The notes: generated by a model not told the origin, from the letters alone. Shown: positions 40,853 through 54,477, counted from the stretch's first letter. The stretch is 64,000 bases of DNA from Synechococcus sp. (GCA_047285535.1 JBJBDC010000001.1:2048136-2112135); one strand, 5' to 3'. Numbers and translations are program-made.

Positions 40853-42790
40853 ATGAATGCGAATGAATGCTTTGATCTGATCGTGGTGGGTGCTGGCCAC
40901 GCCGGCTGTGAAGCGGCCATCACTGCAGCGCGCCTTGGACTGAACACTGCCCTATTCACCCTCAATCTCGATCGGATCGCCTGGCAACCCTGTAACCCGG
41001 CCGTGGGCGGACCAGCCAAAAGCCAACTTGTCCATGAAGTGGATGCTCTCGGTGGCGTGATCGGGCGTCTGGCGGATGCCTGCGCGATCCAAAAAAGGAT
41101 CCTTAACGCCAGCCGTGGCCCTGCGGTATGGGCCCTTCGCGCCCAAACCGACAAGCGTCTGTACTCCCGCCAGATGCTGCACCTGCTGCAACACACCCCG
41201 AACCTGGCCCTCCGTGAAGCCATGGTGACCGGCCTTGAGGTGACTGGAAATCCAGAGGACAATGGGAGTGCTGAAATCCAAGGCATCCGCACCTATTTCG
41301 GTAGCGTCTACAGCGCCAGAGCGGTGATCCTCACTGCTGGCACCTTTCTTGGCGGTCGGATCTGGGTGGGGCATCAATCCATGGCCGCAGGGCGAGCAGG
41401 CGAACAAGCCGCTGAAGGCTTAACCGATGCCTTAAAGCAACTGGGATTTCAAACCAACAGGCTGAAAACCGGCACCCCTGCTCGTGTGGATCGTCGCAGC
41501 ATTGCTCTCGATCAACTTGAAGCACAACCCAGTGATGCTGCCGATCGCTTCTTTTCCTTTGACCCAGCGGCCTGGGCCAGCGGCGAGCAGATGAGCTGCC
41601 ACATCACCCGGACCACAGCCGCCACCCATGAGCTGATCCGTGACAACCTCCACCTCACCGCCATCTACGGCGGTGTGATCAACAGCAAAGGGCCGCGCTA
41701 CTGCCCATCAATCGAAGACAAGATCGTGCGCTTTGCCGATAAAGAATCTCATCAAATCTTTCTGGAGCCAGAAGGGCGAGACACCCCCGAGATTTACGTG
41801 CAAGGTTTTTCAACCGGCCTGCCCGAAACCATTCAGCTTCAGTTGCTACGCACCCTTCCAGGGTTGGAACACTGCGTGATGCTGAGACCAGCCTATTCCG
41901 TTGACTACGACTACCTCCCAGCCACCCAGCTGAAACCTTCGTTGGAAACCAAAAGGGTGCGGGGTCTCTTCAGCGCTGGTCAACTCAATGGCACCACTGG
42001 GTATGAGGAAGCCGCGGCCCAGGGCCTTGTCGCTGGCCTCAACGCCGCCCGCTTGATTGCAGGCCAGGACCCAGTGCATTTCTCTCGGGAGAGCAGCTAC
42101 ATGGGCACGATGATCGACGATCTGGTAAGCCAGGATCTGCGTGAGCCTTACCGGGTGCTGACCAGCCGCAGTGAATACCGCCTGGTCTTACGTGGTGACA
42201 ACGCCGACAGGCGCCTCACCCCTCTCGGGCGCGAGCTTGGACTCATCGACGATCGCCGTTGGCACTTGTTCAACGACAAACTCAAGGCCATGGAGATCGA
42301 GAAACAGCGTCTAGAAACGGTTCGGCTTAAGGTCAGCGATCCAGTCGCACCAGCCATCGAGCGTGAAACTGGAGCGCCGATTAAAGGATCGATCACCCTC
42401 GCCGATCTCCTGCGACGACCCGGCGTACACACTGCTGATCTTGTGCGTCATGGCCTAGCCAATGCAGAGCTAGCTCTGCCGGTCAGAGAGGGTGCCGAAA
42501 TCGACATCAAATACAGCGGCTACCTCCAGCGCCAGCAACAACAGATTGATCAGGTCAAACGCCAGAGTCTGCGCAAATTGCCCTCCAATCTTGATTACGC
42601 CAGCATCGGCACCTTGTCGCGGGAGGCTCGCGAAAAGCTTGCGTCTATTCAACCAACCACGCTGGGTCAGGCCACACACATTCCAGGTGTGAGCCAGGCG
42701 GATCTCACCGCCCTACTGGTTTGGTTAGAGCTGCAACAACGCCGCTCCAAAGTGAGGGAAGACCTCGCCAGCGCCACCAACTCTCGATAG
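40853..42790 (+). CDS. mnmG: tRNA uridine-5-carboxymethylaminomethyl modification enzyme MnmG (GidA)
   Basis: [53 protein letters not shown]. Confidence 0.98.
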   Translation: MNANECFDLIVVGAGHAGCEAAITAARLGLNTALFTLNLDRIAWQPCNPAVGGPAKSQLVHEVDALGGVIGRLADACAIQKRILNASRGPAVWALRAQTDKRLYSRQMLHLLQHTPNLALREAMVTGLEVTGNPEDNGSAEIQGIRTYFGSVYSARAVILTAGTFLGGRIWVGHQSMAAGRAGEQAAEGLTDALKQLGFQTNRLKTGTPARVDRRSIALDQLEAQPSDAADRFFSFDPAAWASGEQMSCHITRTTAATHELIRDNLHLTAIYGGVINSKGPRYCPSIEDKIVRFADKESHQIFLEPEGRDTPEIYVQGFSTGLPETIQLQLLRTLPGLEHCVMLRPAYSVDYDYLPATQLKPSLETKRVRGLFSAGQLNGTTGYEEAAAQGLVAGLNAARLIAGQDPVHFSRESSYMGTMIDDLVSQDLREPYRVLTSRSEYRLVLRGDNADRRLTPLGRELGLIDDRRWHLFNDKLKAMEIEKQRLETVRLKVSDPVAPAIERETGAPIKGSITLADLLRRPGVHTADLVRHGLANAELALPVREGAEIDIKYSGYLQRQQQQIDQVKRQSLRKLPSNLDYASIGTLSREAREKLASIQPTTLGQATHIPGVSQADLTALLVWLELQQRRSKVREDLASATNSR

Positions 42791-42814
42791 CGTTAACCCA
42801 ATGAAAAGATTGCA

Positions 42815-43525
42815 GTGCCATCTCGCATTCCCACCTCGACGGCGTACTGGAATCTTCGGGCTGAACAGGTATTGGATCGGGTTTTCCACGAGGCTGAGCC
42901 CTCACTGAAAGCTGTCGAGATCCATGTCGATCCGGTCCCAGATCCAGTGGTGAATTCCCTCCCTTCAACACACAACAGCACACCGGCCTGGCAGCAGCTC
43001 ACCCTGATCGGGATCAGCCTCGGTGCCGTGTTGTCCAGTGCCTGGATTGCGCGCAACTGGCATCTCACCCAGCAAACCCTCCACCATGAGCGCCACCTGG
43101 CCTTGATGGAAAAGCTCAAAACCCGCACCATCCCTTCCCCACAACCGCCTCCCCCAGAGGAGGTCAAAACACTGCCCAGCCTTGTACCGCTCACACTTCC
43201 GCTGAGTACGGCCATGGCCCCAGCAACCCATCCGTCTTCATCCCCTCATGCGTTAGCCAGTGATTCGTCATCCACTGATTCGTCAGTGGACGCAGCTTCT
43301 GCTGACAAAGCGCCAAAGCCAGCGAACCATCCTCTGCTGGTCGGTGTGGTCCAGGCGGAAGGAGGTGGATCTGCGATCTTCCAGGTGGATAATCAATCCC
43401 TGTCTGCCAGCCCTGGTGACAGCATCGGCAACTCGGGCTGGTCCTTGCTGAGCATCTCCAGCACTGGTGCAGTCATTGAACGCAACGGTCAACGCCACTC
43501 CCTAGCGGTTGGAGGTGCCTTCTGA
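42815..43525 (+). CDS. Membrane-anchored hypothetical protein with a C-terminal GspC/PilP-like beta domain
   Basis: One TM helix, Pro/Ser linker, LVGVV...SAIF...GDSIGNSGWSL...AVIERNGQ. Confidence 0.6.
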   Translation: MPSRIPTSTAYWNLRAEQVLDRVFHEAEPSLKAVEIHVDPVPDPVVNSLPSTHNSTPAWQQLTLIGISLGAVLSSAWIARNWHLTQQTLHHERHLALMEKLKTRTIPSPQPPPPEEVKTLPSLVPLTLPLSTAMAPATHPSSSPHALASDSSSTDSSVDAASADKAPKPANHPLLVGVVQAEGGGSAIFQVDNQSLSASPGDSIGNSGWSLLSISSTGAVIERNGQRHSLAVGGAF

Positions 43526-44127
43526 CATCGTCATCAGGGCTGCTGCCCTCTCCCACCTGCCTATGGGAAGCACCTGCGGGAACAGTTGTAGACGGAGACG
43601 ATCCCGGACAACTTCCTGGACCCTGGCGATTGATGCTTCTGGGAGATGGCAGTCCGACCCGTCACTTGCGCCTTCTCACAGGTCATCCAGTGGCCGTGCA
43701 ATTACTAGCCATGGCAGCTGAACCTGAAGAGCAAGCTCTCAAAGGCTGCCCTCGAGAGGTGAGAGAACTCACGCGTCCACTCTTACGCCGCCAGGTTTGG
43801 TTGAGCTGCGGCGGTAAAACCTTGGCATGGGCAGAAAGTTGGTGGAACCAAGACGACGTCAATCAGCACCTTCATGACAGGAACTTACCGATCTGGCTCA
43901 GTCTCACCCAAGGGCGCTCCGAGCTCTTCCGCGAGGTTGATGGATTAGCCCTGGTGAATGAGCCCTGGCTTGAGAAACGGTTTGGTTACTTGGGCCCATT
44001 TTGGAGCCGCCACTACCGTTTTTTCCGCCAAAAACGCGAACTCACAGTGATCCGCGAAGTCTTCAGCCCAGCCTTGGAACAATGGCTAGGGGCCACCCCA
44101 CGCGAACCCCTTCACCTTTCGAGATGA
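43522..44127 (+). CDS. ubiC: Chorismate pyruvate-lyase (UbiC/Ycf21, DUF98)
   Basis: WRLMLLGDGSPTRHL, RRQVWL, AWAESWW, PFWSRHYRF, IREVFSP. Probable CTG start at 43522. Confidence 0.85.
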   Translation: MTSSSGLLPSPTCLWEAPAGTVVDGDDPGQLPGPWRLMLLGDGSPTRHLRLLTGHPVAVQLLAMAAEPEEQALKGCPREVRELTRPLLRRQVWLSCGGKTLAWAESWWNQDDVNQHLHDRNLPIWLSLTQGRSELFREVDGLALVNEPWLEKRFGYLGPFWSRHYRFFRQKRELTVIREVFSPALEQWLGATPREPLHLSR

Positions 44128-44214
44128 AGAAAATCAGAGTTTTGGTCAAGTTCATGCTTGACAACTTGCGGTAAGTCGTGCATTAGAGATCATGCCGCTA
44201 GTTGCGACAGTTTC

Positions 44215-44649
44215 ATGACGACGTCTCAGTGGCTCACTCTGTCCGACCTTGGACGCAGATTCGGCATTTCGACAGGGCATTGCGGCCGTGCTCTTGACAA
44301 ACAGGGTTGGCGAGACCGCAGAGGACTTCCAACGGAAGCAGCCATTGTGGCGGGTGCCGCCCAACAGCAAACCGCTCATCACCTCAGCCCAGCCAGCCGA
44401 TGGAACGTTGAAGTTTGCGCCTCCGTCCTTTCAAACCAGGGGTATCGCCCACTTAGTCGCAGCGAGCACGTCTCCCAGTGGGTTTCCCTGCTGGAAGCCA
44501 TGGAACAAGGCTCCGACTCAATCTCCACGAGCGCCGATCAGATGGCAGAAGAGCTGCCAACTGATCTCGTTGAAGACGTGAACCATCAGCTCATGAATCG
44601 GGGCTGTCGCTTCCAGGTGTCACGTCTGGAAAAGACCAAGTGCGGCTGA
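44215..44649 (+). CDS. Hypothetical protein with an N-terminal HTH-like segment
   Basis: WLTLSDLGRRFGIS..HCGRAL...GWRD. Confidence 0.65.
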   Translation: MTTSQWLTLSDLGRRFGISTGHCGRALDKQGWRDRRGLPTEAAIVAGAAQQQTAHHLSPASRWNVEVCASVLSNQGYRPLSRSEHVSQWVSLLEAMEQGSDSISTSADQMAEELPTDLVEDVNHQLMNRGCRFQVSRLEKTKCG

Positions 44650-45171
44650 TCAGCCCAACCTGAGTGCTTCAGCCTGACGTCGTGCCTTGTCGAGCTGCTC
44701 TTTCAGCAGATCTTCATCGGTATGACTCAGGTTGGTGTGGATCAAACGGGCATGAGGCGCATGGCGACGCAATCGTTCGATCACACGATCGGGCGTGGCT
44801 TCCCTCACCAATAAGGCCAATGCAGCGCTTCCTTCAGGCAGGGTTTCCGCAAGCTCCTTCAAAAAGTTGTCATTGATGCCCATGTCGCTAAGGGATCCCG
44901 AGGCAGCGCCAGCGCCAGCTCCCACAGCAAGACCTAACAAAGGATTGGCAAACACCAAACCGATCAACAGCCCCCAGAAGCTTCCTCCCATAGCTCCAGC
45001 CGCCGTCATGTTGATTGCCTGACGTAAATGAACATGGCCATCAACTCCATGTTCAAGAACCACTGCATCCTCAAGTGCAATCAAATGCTCCTGCTGAATG
45101 GTGACCAACTCGCGTCGAACCTCCTCTGCTTCTTGAGCCTTAGGGAAGCCCACAACAACCAGATTGCTCAT
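44650..45171 (-). CDS. DUF1269-family membrane protein
   Basis: LEDAVV, GAMGGSFWGLLIG, DMGINDNFLKEL, TNLS. Confidence 0.85.
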   Translation of the reverse strand: MSNLVVVGFPKAQEAEEVRRELVTIQQEHLIALEDAVVLEHGVDGHVHLRQAINMTAAGAMGGSFWGLLIGLVFANPLLGLAVGAGAGAASGSLSDMGINDNFLKELAETLPEGSAALALLVREATPDRVIERLRRHAPHARLIHTNLSHTDEDLLKEQLDKARRQAEALRLG

Positions 45172-45235
45172 AATAAAAACCTTGTAGTCGGATGCTGACC
45201 TCTTCTCAAAGGGTAGAGAGAATTGCACGCATTGC

Positions 45236-45730
45236 TTAGCCCCTTCGCCTGCTGGAGCGAGGCAACTGACGCCGGACTGGGTTTCTCATTGCAGCTGAGG
45301 GTTCAGGACTTGACGCAGACACAGGTGGTGTTGCCGAACGGGACCAACGCTCCACTCTGAAGCTGTCATCGTCGGGCCAGCTTTCATCCTCGAGCATGGG
45401 CGACTCTGGAGCCGACACAACGGCCTGACGGCGAGAGATGGCATCAAGAGGACGCTTGCGATTCGACTCAACATGAGACTCGCGCTGCGTTGAGGCCTCA
45501 ACTGGGTCTCGCCAGTCTTCTTCTTCATCCATCAGCCAATCGATCTTGTCACCAACCCAGCGACCAACTTTTTCTAAATCCATGACAGGACGCGCTCCGC
45601 TCGCATTCCGTCGACCCGGCCTCGTACCAGCCACACCATCGACCAGATGGCGACCTGTTTCGATCCACTGATCCAATCGCCGATCGCTGTGATCGTGACT
45701 GCGCTGCCTCGGCTGAAAACGTCCGTCCAT
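45236..45730 (-). CDS. Hypothetical protein
   Basis: 164-aa ORF tightly packed with its neighbours; motif-like blocks VDGVAGTRPG and VGRWVGDKIDW. Confidence 0.7.
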   Translation of the reverse strand: MDGRFQPRQRSHDHSDRRLDQWIETGRHLVDGVAGTRPGRRNASGARPVMDLEKVGRWVGDKIDWLMDEEEDWRDPVEASTQRESHVESNRKRPLDAISRRQAVVSAPESPMLEDESWPDDDSFRVERWSRSATPPVSASSPEPSAAMRNPVRRQLPRSSRRRG

Positions 45731-45836
45731 GATCTGACCTTAACGACGTCGATGCTGCAGCCGACGCTCTCGTTGCCAACCAATTAAGGCGATTGACACC
45801 CCGCCGGCCTCTAACACCCAAAGAAACAAATCCATC

Positions 45837-46385
45837 TCAATCATGAGCGGGGGCAGGTTGATAGTCGAGCAAGCAACTGACATGCCAGTGACCGTCATGA
45901 TGCCGATCACAACACAACCTGCAAGCCGCCTGCCTTACCCGGCGCCGATAAGGCGAACGACGCCCACAGTTTGGGCAGACGGCGATCCAGCGAGGTGGCC
46001 TCTGAGGAACAGGGAAGCGATGCCGAATGCTCACCTTGAATCTGGTTTGTGCTGCATTGATCGCTTCCATCTGCGCTCGAAAGCAGGGGCCATGACTTTC
46101 GCGTTGACGCAACACCAGATCAATCCAGGCATGAATCATTTCATGGCAAAGGGTGCTTTCGGTGGCGCTGCGAGGCAATGGATCCAGCAATGGCCTTGAC
46201 AGCACAATCTCCCGTCCAAGAGGAGGCGCAACCGCAGGACCACGGCGATACATTCCTGCGGTCGTTCGCATCCGTCCATCACTCCAGCGCACGGCAACCA
46301 AAGGCCCATTGCCCTGTACAAGGCTGCCATCAAAGTGTTCTCGATTAAGCCTGTGAAACAAAGGCAACAGCGGCTCGAGTGGCAT
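45837..46385 (-). CDS. SprT-family zinc metalloprotease
   Basis: HEMIH (HExxH), HGPCF, C-terminal CPNC...CRLC zinc ribbon. Confidence 0.88.
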   Translation of the reverse strand: MPLEPLLPLFHRLNREHFDGSLVQGNGPLVAVRWSDGRMRTTAGMYRRGPAVAPPLGREIVLSRPLLDPLPRSATESTLCHEMIHAWIDLVLRQRESHGPCFRAQMEAINAAQTRFKVSIRHRFPVPQRPPRWIAVCPNCGRRSPYRRRVRQAACRLCCDRHHDGHWHVSCLLDYQPAPAHD

Positions 46386-46474
46386 GAGGACTAAAAAAGA
46401 ACCCAAACAGGACGAAAGTCGGCTCAGTCTGCCTCGGGCCTGCATGCTGTCAGTCAGAATCCGTACTCATTCGG

Positions 46475-49004
<2,530 letters not shown>

Positions 49005-49613
49005 ATCCCCAGACAAACATGCCAACTCCTTTGCAGAATCTCCTGGGGCAGACTCTATGGAGAATGCCATCTGCAAGACCATCTGAATCGAGAGATGCCA
49101 TCTCCCGAGCATGGCCTGATCATCATCTCTCACTGGAAAAATCGAACGACAACCTTGAGGCAAGAAACTTGAAAACGAACGTCACCTCCATCCCAGCCTT
49201 CCAAATCGAATCCCCCTAAGGCCATCAGTGATGACTTCACCTCAAGCCTTTCGCTGGATCAAAACAGAATGCGGGCGCGCAAAATATCTCGATCTTGCTG
49301 CAAAATCAGGATTTGCCGCGAAGCTCCGCCTTTATTGGTTTGTACTAATCGCAGCCCTTCGAGATGCAAACGTACCCAATCCGGACTAGCTCCATCACCA
49401 ATGACTGCCCTATCCAATTCAGCTCCAAACCGAACGAAAATCCAATAATCCACTAAAGACGAAATTCACATCACCCAACGTCCCCTGCTTAAGTCAATCA
49501 ACAACAGCAAATATCACGCCAGAAAGTGATCATCCAATCAAGTTGAAGCCCATAAGAACTTGCCCCTGCCAACCCTCAACAAAACAACCAAATCCATCAT
49601 CTAAAACAAACCA

Positions 49614-50234
49614 TCAAGATTGCATCTTCGTGTCGGCCAGGGCGCGCTGCGCTGCTCGCCCCACCAACCAAACCACAGCAATTGTGGCCAACACACCCAC
49701 CACACGCAGGATCCAAGCTTCTGCGGACGCCTTTCCGGCAAGCACTTCACCAAAGCGCGCCGCATCACCGGCCAAGGCGCCTAAAGCACAAAACAGAACT
49801 GTGCCTGGAAGAATGCCAATGAGGCCAATGCTGTAATCACGCAAGCTCACCTCGCTGAGGCCATAGGCCAAATTCAATAAGGAGAACGGGAACGCTGGAG
49901 AGAGGCGAGTCAGCAGCACAAGTTTGAGACCTTCTCGACTCACAGCCTGCTCAACAGCTTGCAGCTTCGGGAATTGGGTCAACCGTTGACTCGTCCAGCC
50001 CCGCAACCAGAATCGCCCCAGCAGGAAAGCCGCCTCGGCTCCAAGAGAAGCGCCTACAAACACAACCATGGTGCCCAACCAGGTGCCATAGAGCGCTCCG
50101 GCAAGCATCGACGCCCAAACCCCGGGGAGGAGCAACGTCACCCAAATGGCATAAAGCGGAATGAACACCACACCGCCCAATGGCGAGCGAAGCCAAACCG
50201 TCAGTGGCTCGAACCAGGACAGCCCCTCAATCAT
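49614..50234 (-). CDS. TVP38/TMEM64 (DedA/SNARE-associated) membrane protein
   Basis: AGALYG, LLTRLSPAFPFSLLNLAYGLS. Confidence 0.9.
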   Translation of the reverse strand: MIEGLSWFEPLTVWLRSPLGGVVFIPLYAIWVTLLLPGVWASMLAGALYGTWLGTMVVFVGASLGAEAAFLLGRFWLRGWTSQRLTQFPKLQAVEQAVSREGLKLVLLTRLSPAFPFSLLNLAYGLSEVSLRDYSIGLIGILPGTVLFCALGALAGDAARFGEVLAGKASAEAWILRVVGVLATIAVVWLVGRAAQRALADTKMQS

Positions 50235-50314
50235 TGTTCAACAGCAACCCAAGCGGAATTCCATGGTGACTGTTTTGAGATCCGTGAGGGACATGACGCA
50301 TTTCAGGCTGAATA

Positions 50315-51601
50315 ATGCAGGAGATTGCTTGTCCAAGCGTCGTACCGATGCCTTCCTTCCGCAGTCCTATCGAGGGCCATCGCATAGCAGCCGTTCTGAG
50401 CGCTTTTTTGCTGAGTGGATGTGCCTTGATCGAAGGCGATGGGCCAACAACCATGTTGCGAGTGGTTCAAAGCAGCTATGAAAACGACGACAACTCCTCA
50501 AATCGCTTCCAGGCCGCTGAAACCATTCAAGACTTCAAAGAACAACTGAATCAGTTGCTGCCTGACCTCAAGCTGCATTTTTCAACCATCCCGTCCAAAT
50601 CGCTAATAGCGGACCTAAGAGCTCAGACACAGAGCGGACTCGGCCCAGATCTGGTGGTCACAGACAGCAGTGAGGCCCTTCGACTGCTCGCCCATGGACT
50701 CACCGAACCAATACCTCAAACTCAAGAGAGCTCAGAACTTATCTTTCCATCAGCTTTGAAACGAGTCACCGCAAACGATGGCTCCCTTGCTGGGCAACCC
50801 ATTGGCCAGTACAGACAACTGGCCTGCTACGACAAGCGTCAAATCAAGGATCCTCCTGAAACCCTGGCGGCTCTTTCGGCAGCCAGCCAAAAGGGCAAAA
50901 AATTTGGAATAGCTACCAAAATATTTGATCTGTACTGGAGCGTTGGCAGTTTCAGAGCAGGAGAGGCCTTAGCCGCCACCCTTGAAGGCAAAAAACCCAC
51001 AGCCGCTGCCAGCCAACGTCTTACAAATTGGCTGCGATGGCTCAAGGACTTCAGCTATCAGCAAAATATTCTTTTTTATCGGAATCAGGCAGGCCTTAGG
51101 CAGGGGTTAGTTGAAGGGGATCTGGACTGGATCAGTTGTTGGAGCTCTCAAATACCTCAACTCACACAAGCACTTAAAACCAATCTTGGCATCTATCATC
51201 TGCCCGATGGCGCCTCCGGCAAATCCACTCCAATTACGCGACTACAAGTCTGGTCATTAGGAAAAAATTCAAGCAAAAACCAACGAGAACAAAGCTTGAG
51301 ATTATTGAATTTCATGGTGCAGCCATGGGCCCAGAAAACTTATTCCCTCAGATACAGAACCTTATACCCAGTGAATCCTTCAGCAGCGCAAATCGTAAAC
51401 AGAAAACTGCCAGGATCGATAGACAGAATCAGTGAATCTGAGCTTCAACGTGTTGCCCGTGGAGACGCCATTGTTGCAGCGATCGATCAATATCCTGACC
51501 GCATAGAAGCTCTCCAATCAACACTTAGCAAAGTGATCTTCGGTGGTTTATCACCAAAGGAAGCGACCCTTGAAATCCAAACCAAACTAAAAGAAAAGTA
51601 A
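50315..51601 (+). CDS. Extracellular solute-binding lipoprotein (family 1, sugar-binding-like), copy 1
   Basis: Lipobox LSGC, GLGPDL, CYDK...PPETL, PVN. True start may be downstream of 50315. Confidence 0.8.
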   Translation: MQEIACPSVVPMPSFRSPIEGHRIAAVLSAFLLSGCALIEGDGPTTMLRVVQSSYENDDNSSNRFQAAETIQDFKEQLNQLLPDLKLHFSTIPSKSLIADLRAQTQSGLGPDLVVTDSSEALRLLAHGLTEPIPQTQESSELIFPSALKRVTANDGSLAGQPIGQYRQLACYDKRQIKDPPETLAALSAASQKGKKFGIATKIFDLYWSVGSFRAGEALAATLEGKKPTAAASQRLTNWLRWLKDFSYQQNILFYRNQAGLRQGLVEGDLDWISCWSSQIPQLTQALKTNLGIYHLPDGASGKSTPITRLQVWSLGKNSSKNQREQSLRLLNFMVQPWAQKTYSLRYRTLYPVNPSAAQIVNRKLPGSIDRISESELQRVARGDAIVAAIDQYPDRIEALQSTLSKVIFGGLSPKEATLEIQTKLKEK

Positions 51602-52977
51602 TGACTTTAAACCACCCTATTTTCCTCACCGTGGTCCCAGGAGCAGTTTTCAATGAGCTGCTCAGTTGGGTTGCTTATCTCAACCGAATCACAGTGCTGG
51701 TCCAATTGCTGATCGTAGCCATTGTCATGGTTGCAGAACAGCAAGGTGCGCTGCGTCGTCGAGCGCAGTACCGGTTCATACCCGAATACATCCGGGTATT
51801 AATTGGCCCTCTCATCCTGCTGATCCTCACAGGCGCTTTCGCTTTAGCGGGCTTACCTTGGGGGCTTTTGCGCTACTTCGGCTTACTATGGCTCGGTTGG
51901 ATGTTATTCACGCCCCTAAAAACACTTCTCCTTAGAATCAACCAAAAATTCCCAGTTGAAGAGCTAGAAAGCACTTTTCTGAGACCAGTTTATGTAATTT
52001 TCTCAATCATAACCTTTGTAAGACTCATGGGAAGCTCGGACACACTGTCCAAACTTCCAATCGCAAATTTGTTTGGAGTAGAACTCACCCTCGGAAGAAT
52101 CTACTTTGCAATTATCGCGGTTTATGTGATTATTACAATGGCTTCAAGGCCTGCAACATTTCTAGCCTGGCTGAGCGGGATTCTACTTGGAGTTCGGCCT
52201 CGCAACAGGAGAGGCCTTGAGTTGTTATTTCGATATAGCGTGATCAGCATTGGCATCATTTCGGTTGCCTATTACATTGGGATTAATGGCACAGCATTTA
52301 TTGCAATCGCCGGCGGTCTCTCCGTAGGAATTGGTTTCGGAGTCAAGGAAATCATCTCCAACTTTATTAGCAGCATCTGGCTGTTATTTGAGGGTTCAGT
52401 TCGGCCAGGGGAAATCTTAATGATCAATGGTGACCCCTGCACAGTTCGAAACCTAGGGCTCAGAGCCACCCAACTCAGGAGAGGACGTGACGGGGCCGAG
52501 CTATTAATTCCCAATCAAACCTTCTTCACACAGGAAGCAACATCCTTCACTCAAACCGAAACATCAAGACGCGATAGTGTGTTTGTTGGTGCCGCCTACG
52601 ACCACGACCCGGATCTTATTATTTCGATATTAGAGGACATTGCCAAAGCACACAAGAAGGTTCTCGAGTATCCAAATGTCAAAGCATTCGTAATCGATTT
52701 CGCCGACTCCTCGATCAATTACAAAGTGTCATTTTGGGTCGCCAATCCCCTTGATGCATTTGATGTTTCTAGTGACATACGCAGAACTATTTGGAAGCAA
52801 TTCGAACAGAAAGGAATCACCATTCCTTTCCCGCAACGTCAGGTGTACCCCATGGAATGGCCGCCAAGCCTTCAGCAAAGTCTGCAGTCAACTGGAGGCA
52901 GAGGTGTAGTGCCGCAAAGCGAAGAACCAGAAGCTCCTAGCAGCAGCAAAGAAAACAGTTCCGAGGCCAAGCCCTAA
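51601..52977 (+). CDS. MscS-family mechanosensitive channel, copy 1
   Basis: GLSVGIGFGVKEIISNFISS, VRPGE, LIPNQ, DFADSSINY, ITIPFPQR; extra N-terminal TM helices. Confidence 0.92.
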   Translation: MTLNHPIFLTVVPGAVFNELLSWVAYLNRITVLVQLLIVAIVMVAEQQGALRRRAQYRFIPEYIRVLIGPLILLILTGAFALAGLPWGLLRYFGLLWLGWMLFTPLKTLLLRINQKFPVEELESTFLRPVYVIFSIITFVRLMGSSDTLSKLPIANLFGVELTLGRIYFAIIAVYVIITMASRPATFLAWLSGILLGVRPRNRRGLELLFRYSVISIGIISVAYYIGINGTAFIAIAGGLSVGIGFGVKEIISNFISSIWLLFEGSVRPGEILMINGDPCTVRNLGLRATQLRRGRDGAELLIPNQTFFTQEATSFTQTETSRRDSVFVGAAYDHDPDLIISILEDIAKAHKKVLEYPNVKAFVIDFADSSINYKVSFWVANPLDAFDVSSDIRRTIWKQFEQKGITIPFPQRQVYPMEWPPSLQQSLQSTGGRGVVPQSEEPEAPSSSKENSSEAKP

Positions 52978-53676
52978 GACCAGCATGGGTGTGCTGGCAC
53001 GACCAAGTACAACTTCAGCAGGAACCGTGGTGAGGAATGCAACGGGAATCACCAAAGTGAATAGCCATCGCAGTGGGGCTGGATAAGCCTGTACTGGATA
53101 GCGACCTGAAGCCAATACAGCCCGCAGCACCTCAGTGGCATTCCCCGTTTTGACAAACCAGATGCTTGTAGCCGCGATAAGAAACCACAGTGAATAAAGA
53201 ATCAAACCACCGGCCAGGAGCATCACCAAAACCACGGCGATCAGCACGGGAGAAACAGGAGCACCGACCTGATGGCCACCCCAAGCCACCAACAACAAGC
53301 CGAGGCCTATCTCTGGCAATCCTGCCGGTGCGATGGTGCGCAAGGACAACCAAAACTGGCTGTCGATCGGCTTCAACAAGACAAAATCAAGAGTTCCCTC
53401 CAGCACATGGGTCACGATCGAAGACAAGTTGGGGCGTAAAAAAGTGCTGGCCATGCCATCCAGGACCGTATAAAAACCCTGGACAACTAAAGCTTCATTC
53501 CAGCTCCAGCCACCCAACCCACGGCCGGGCCCAAAAAACAATGACAGTGTGAATAAGCTGCCCAGCAAACTCAATCCAACGGCTAGCAACTCAATCAAAA
53601 CGTTGAGCTGATATTCCAGCTGAGTGGCCATGGCTGTTCCCCAAAACCGCCTGAGGCTTTTGAAATACCTGCCCAT
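52888..53676 (-). CDS. ABC-2 type permease (DUF990-like)
   Basis: GTLDFVLLKPID, GRYP, PVAFLTTVPA. Confidence 0.88.
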   Translation of the reverse strand: MGRYFKSLRRFWGTAMATQLEYQLNVLIELLAVGLSLLGSLFTLSLFFGPGRGLGGWSWNEALVVQGFYTVLDGMASTFLRPNLSSIVTHVLEGTLDFVLLKPIDSQFWLSLRTIAPAGLPEIGLGLLLVAWGGHQVGAPVSPVLIAVVLVMLLAGGLILYSLWFLIAATSIWFVKTGNATEVLRAVLASGRYPVQAYPAPLRWLFTLVIPVAFLTTVPAEVVLGRASTPMLVLGLGLGTVFFAAARSFWFFALRHYTSASS

Positions 53677-54477
53677 TCAGGCCCCCATCGCGCTGTAACG
53701 CCTCACTCCAGCGCGCCAGAGCAACAGGACGAGCGGCAGGAGCAGCACAATCCAGGCAATCTGAATGGCAAAACCAGACAGCAAATTGACAGGTTGTTCA
53801 GCCAGCACACGTGCTGGAAAATCAATCAAATAAGGAAAAGGAGTCCATTGAGCCAACGTGCGCATCAAGGGCGGAAAAGCCGTGAGAGGAGCAAGTAACC
53901 CAGATAAAAACAGGAAAGGAAGAAATAACAATCGTTCCAGTGCACTGGCTTTCTCGTTCCAAAAGCAAAGAGAGGCAATCAGACTTTGCAAAAGAAAAGC
54001 GATCGAAAAAGCCAGCCAGGTGGCCAGCCAGGCCAGCAAAAAACGGCCGAAGGAAGGAAGCCAGAATGCTTCTGGCTGAATCAGAAAAAAAATCGCGGTG
54101 ATGCCCCCTGCAAAAGGAAGACGGGTGAGCTGCTCTCCGAGATGGCTCGCTACATAACGCCAGAGCGGATGGAGTGGCTGAAGCAGATAAGGAGACAATC
54201 TGCCAGTCAAAGCATCCTCTTCAAAGGCATACACCATCCAGACCACAGAGAACTGGCGAACCAAAAAAGCACTCAAGAAATAACGATCGAGGCCCACCCC
54301 GTCCATCCCCAGAGCGTGACGAGCATCACTGCCATGCCAGAGGCTGAGCATGATGAAAGGAAGAACACCGGACAGTGCCCAAAGCGCAATTTCGGCGCGA
54401 TATTCGAGCATGTGAGCGTATGCCGTTCCCAACAAAGCGCGGAGGATTTGGCGATTGAGTCCAAAAATCCGCATCAA
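53677..54477 (-). CDS. ABC-2 type permease
   Basis: LEYRAE, GRLSPYLLQP, LSGLLAPL, ends YSAMGA. Confidence 0.88.
   Translation of the reverse strand: MMRIFGLNRQILRALLGTAYAHMLEYRAEIALWALSGVLPFIMLSLWHGSDARHALGMDGVGLDRYFLSAFLVRQFSVVWMVYAFEEDALTGRLSPYLLQPLHPLWRYVASHLGEQLTRLPFAGGITAIFFLIQPEAFWLPSFGRFLLAWLATWLAFSIAFLLQSLIASLCFWNEKASALERLLFLPFLFLSGLLAPLTAFPPLMRTLAQWTPFPYLIDFPARVLAEQPVNLLSGFAIQIAWIVLLLPLVLLLWRAGVRRYSAMGA

Noticed and set aside
49005..49613. Short ORFs and recurring GCCATCT words after ligA
   Set aside because: Irregular spacing, no recognisable protein features and no supportable structure.
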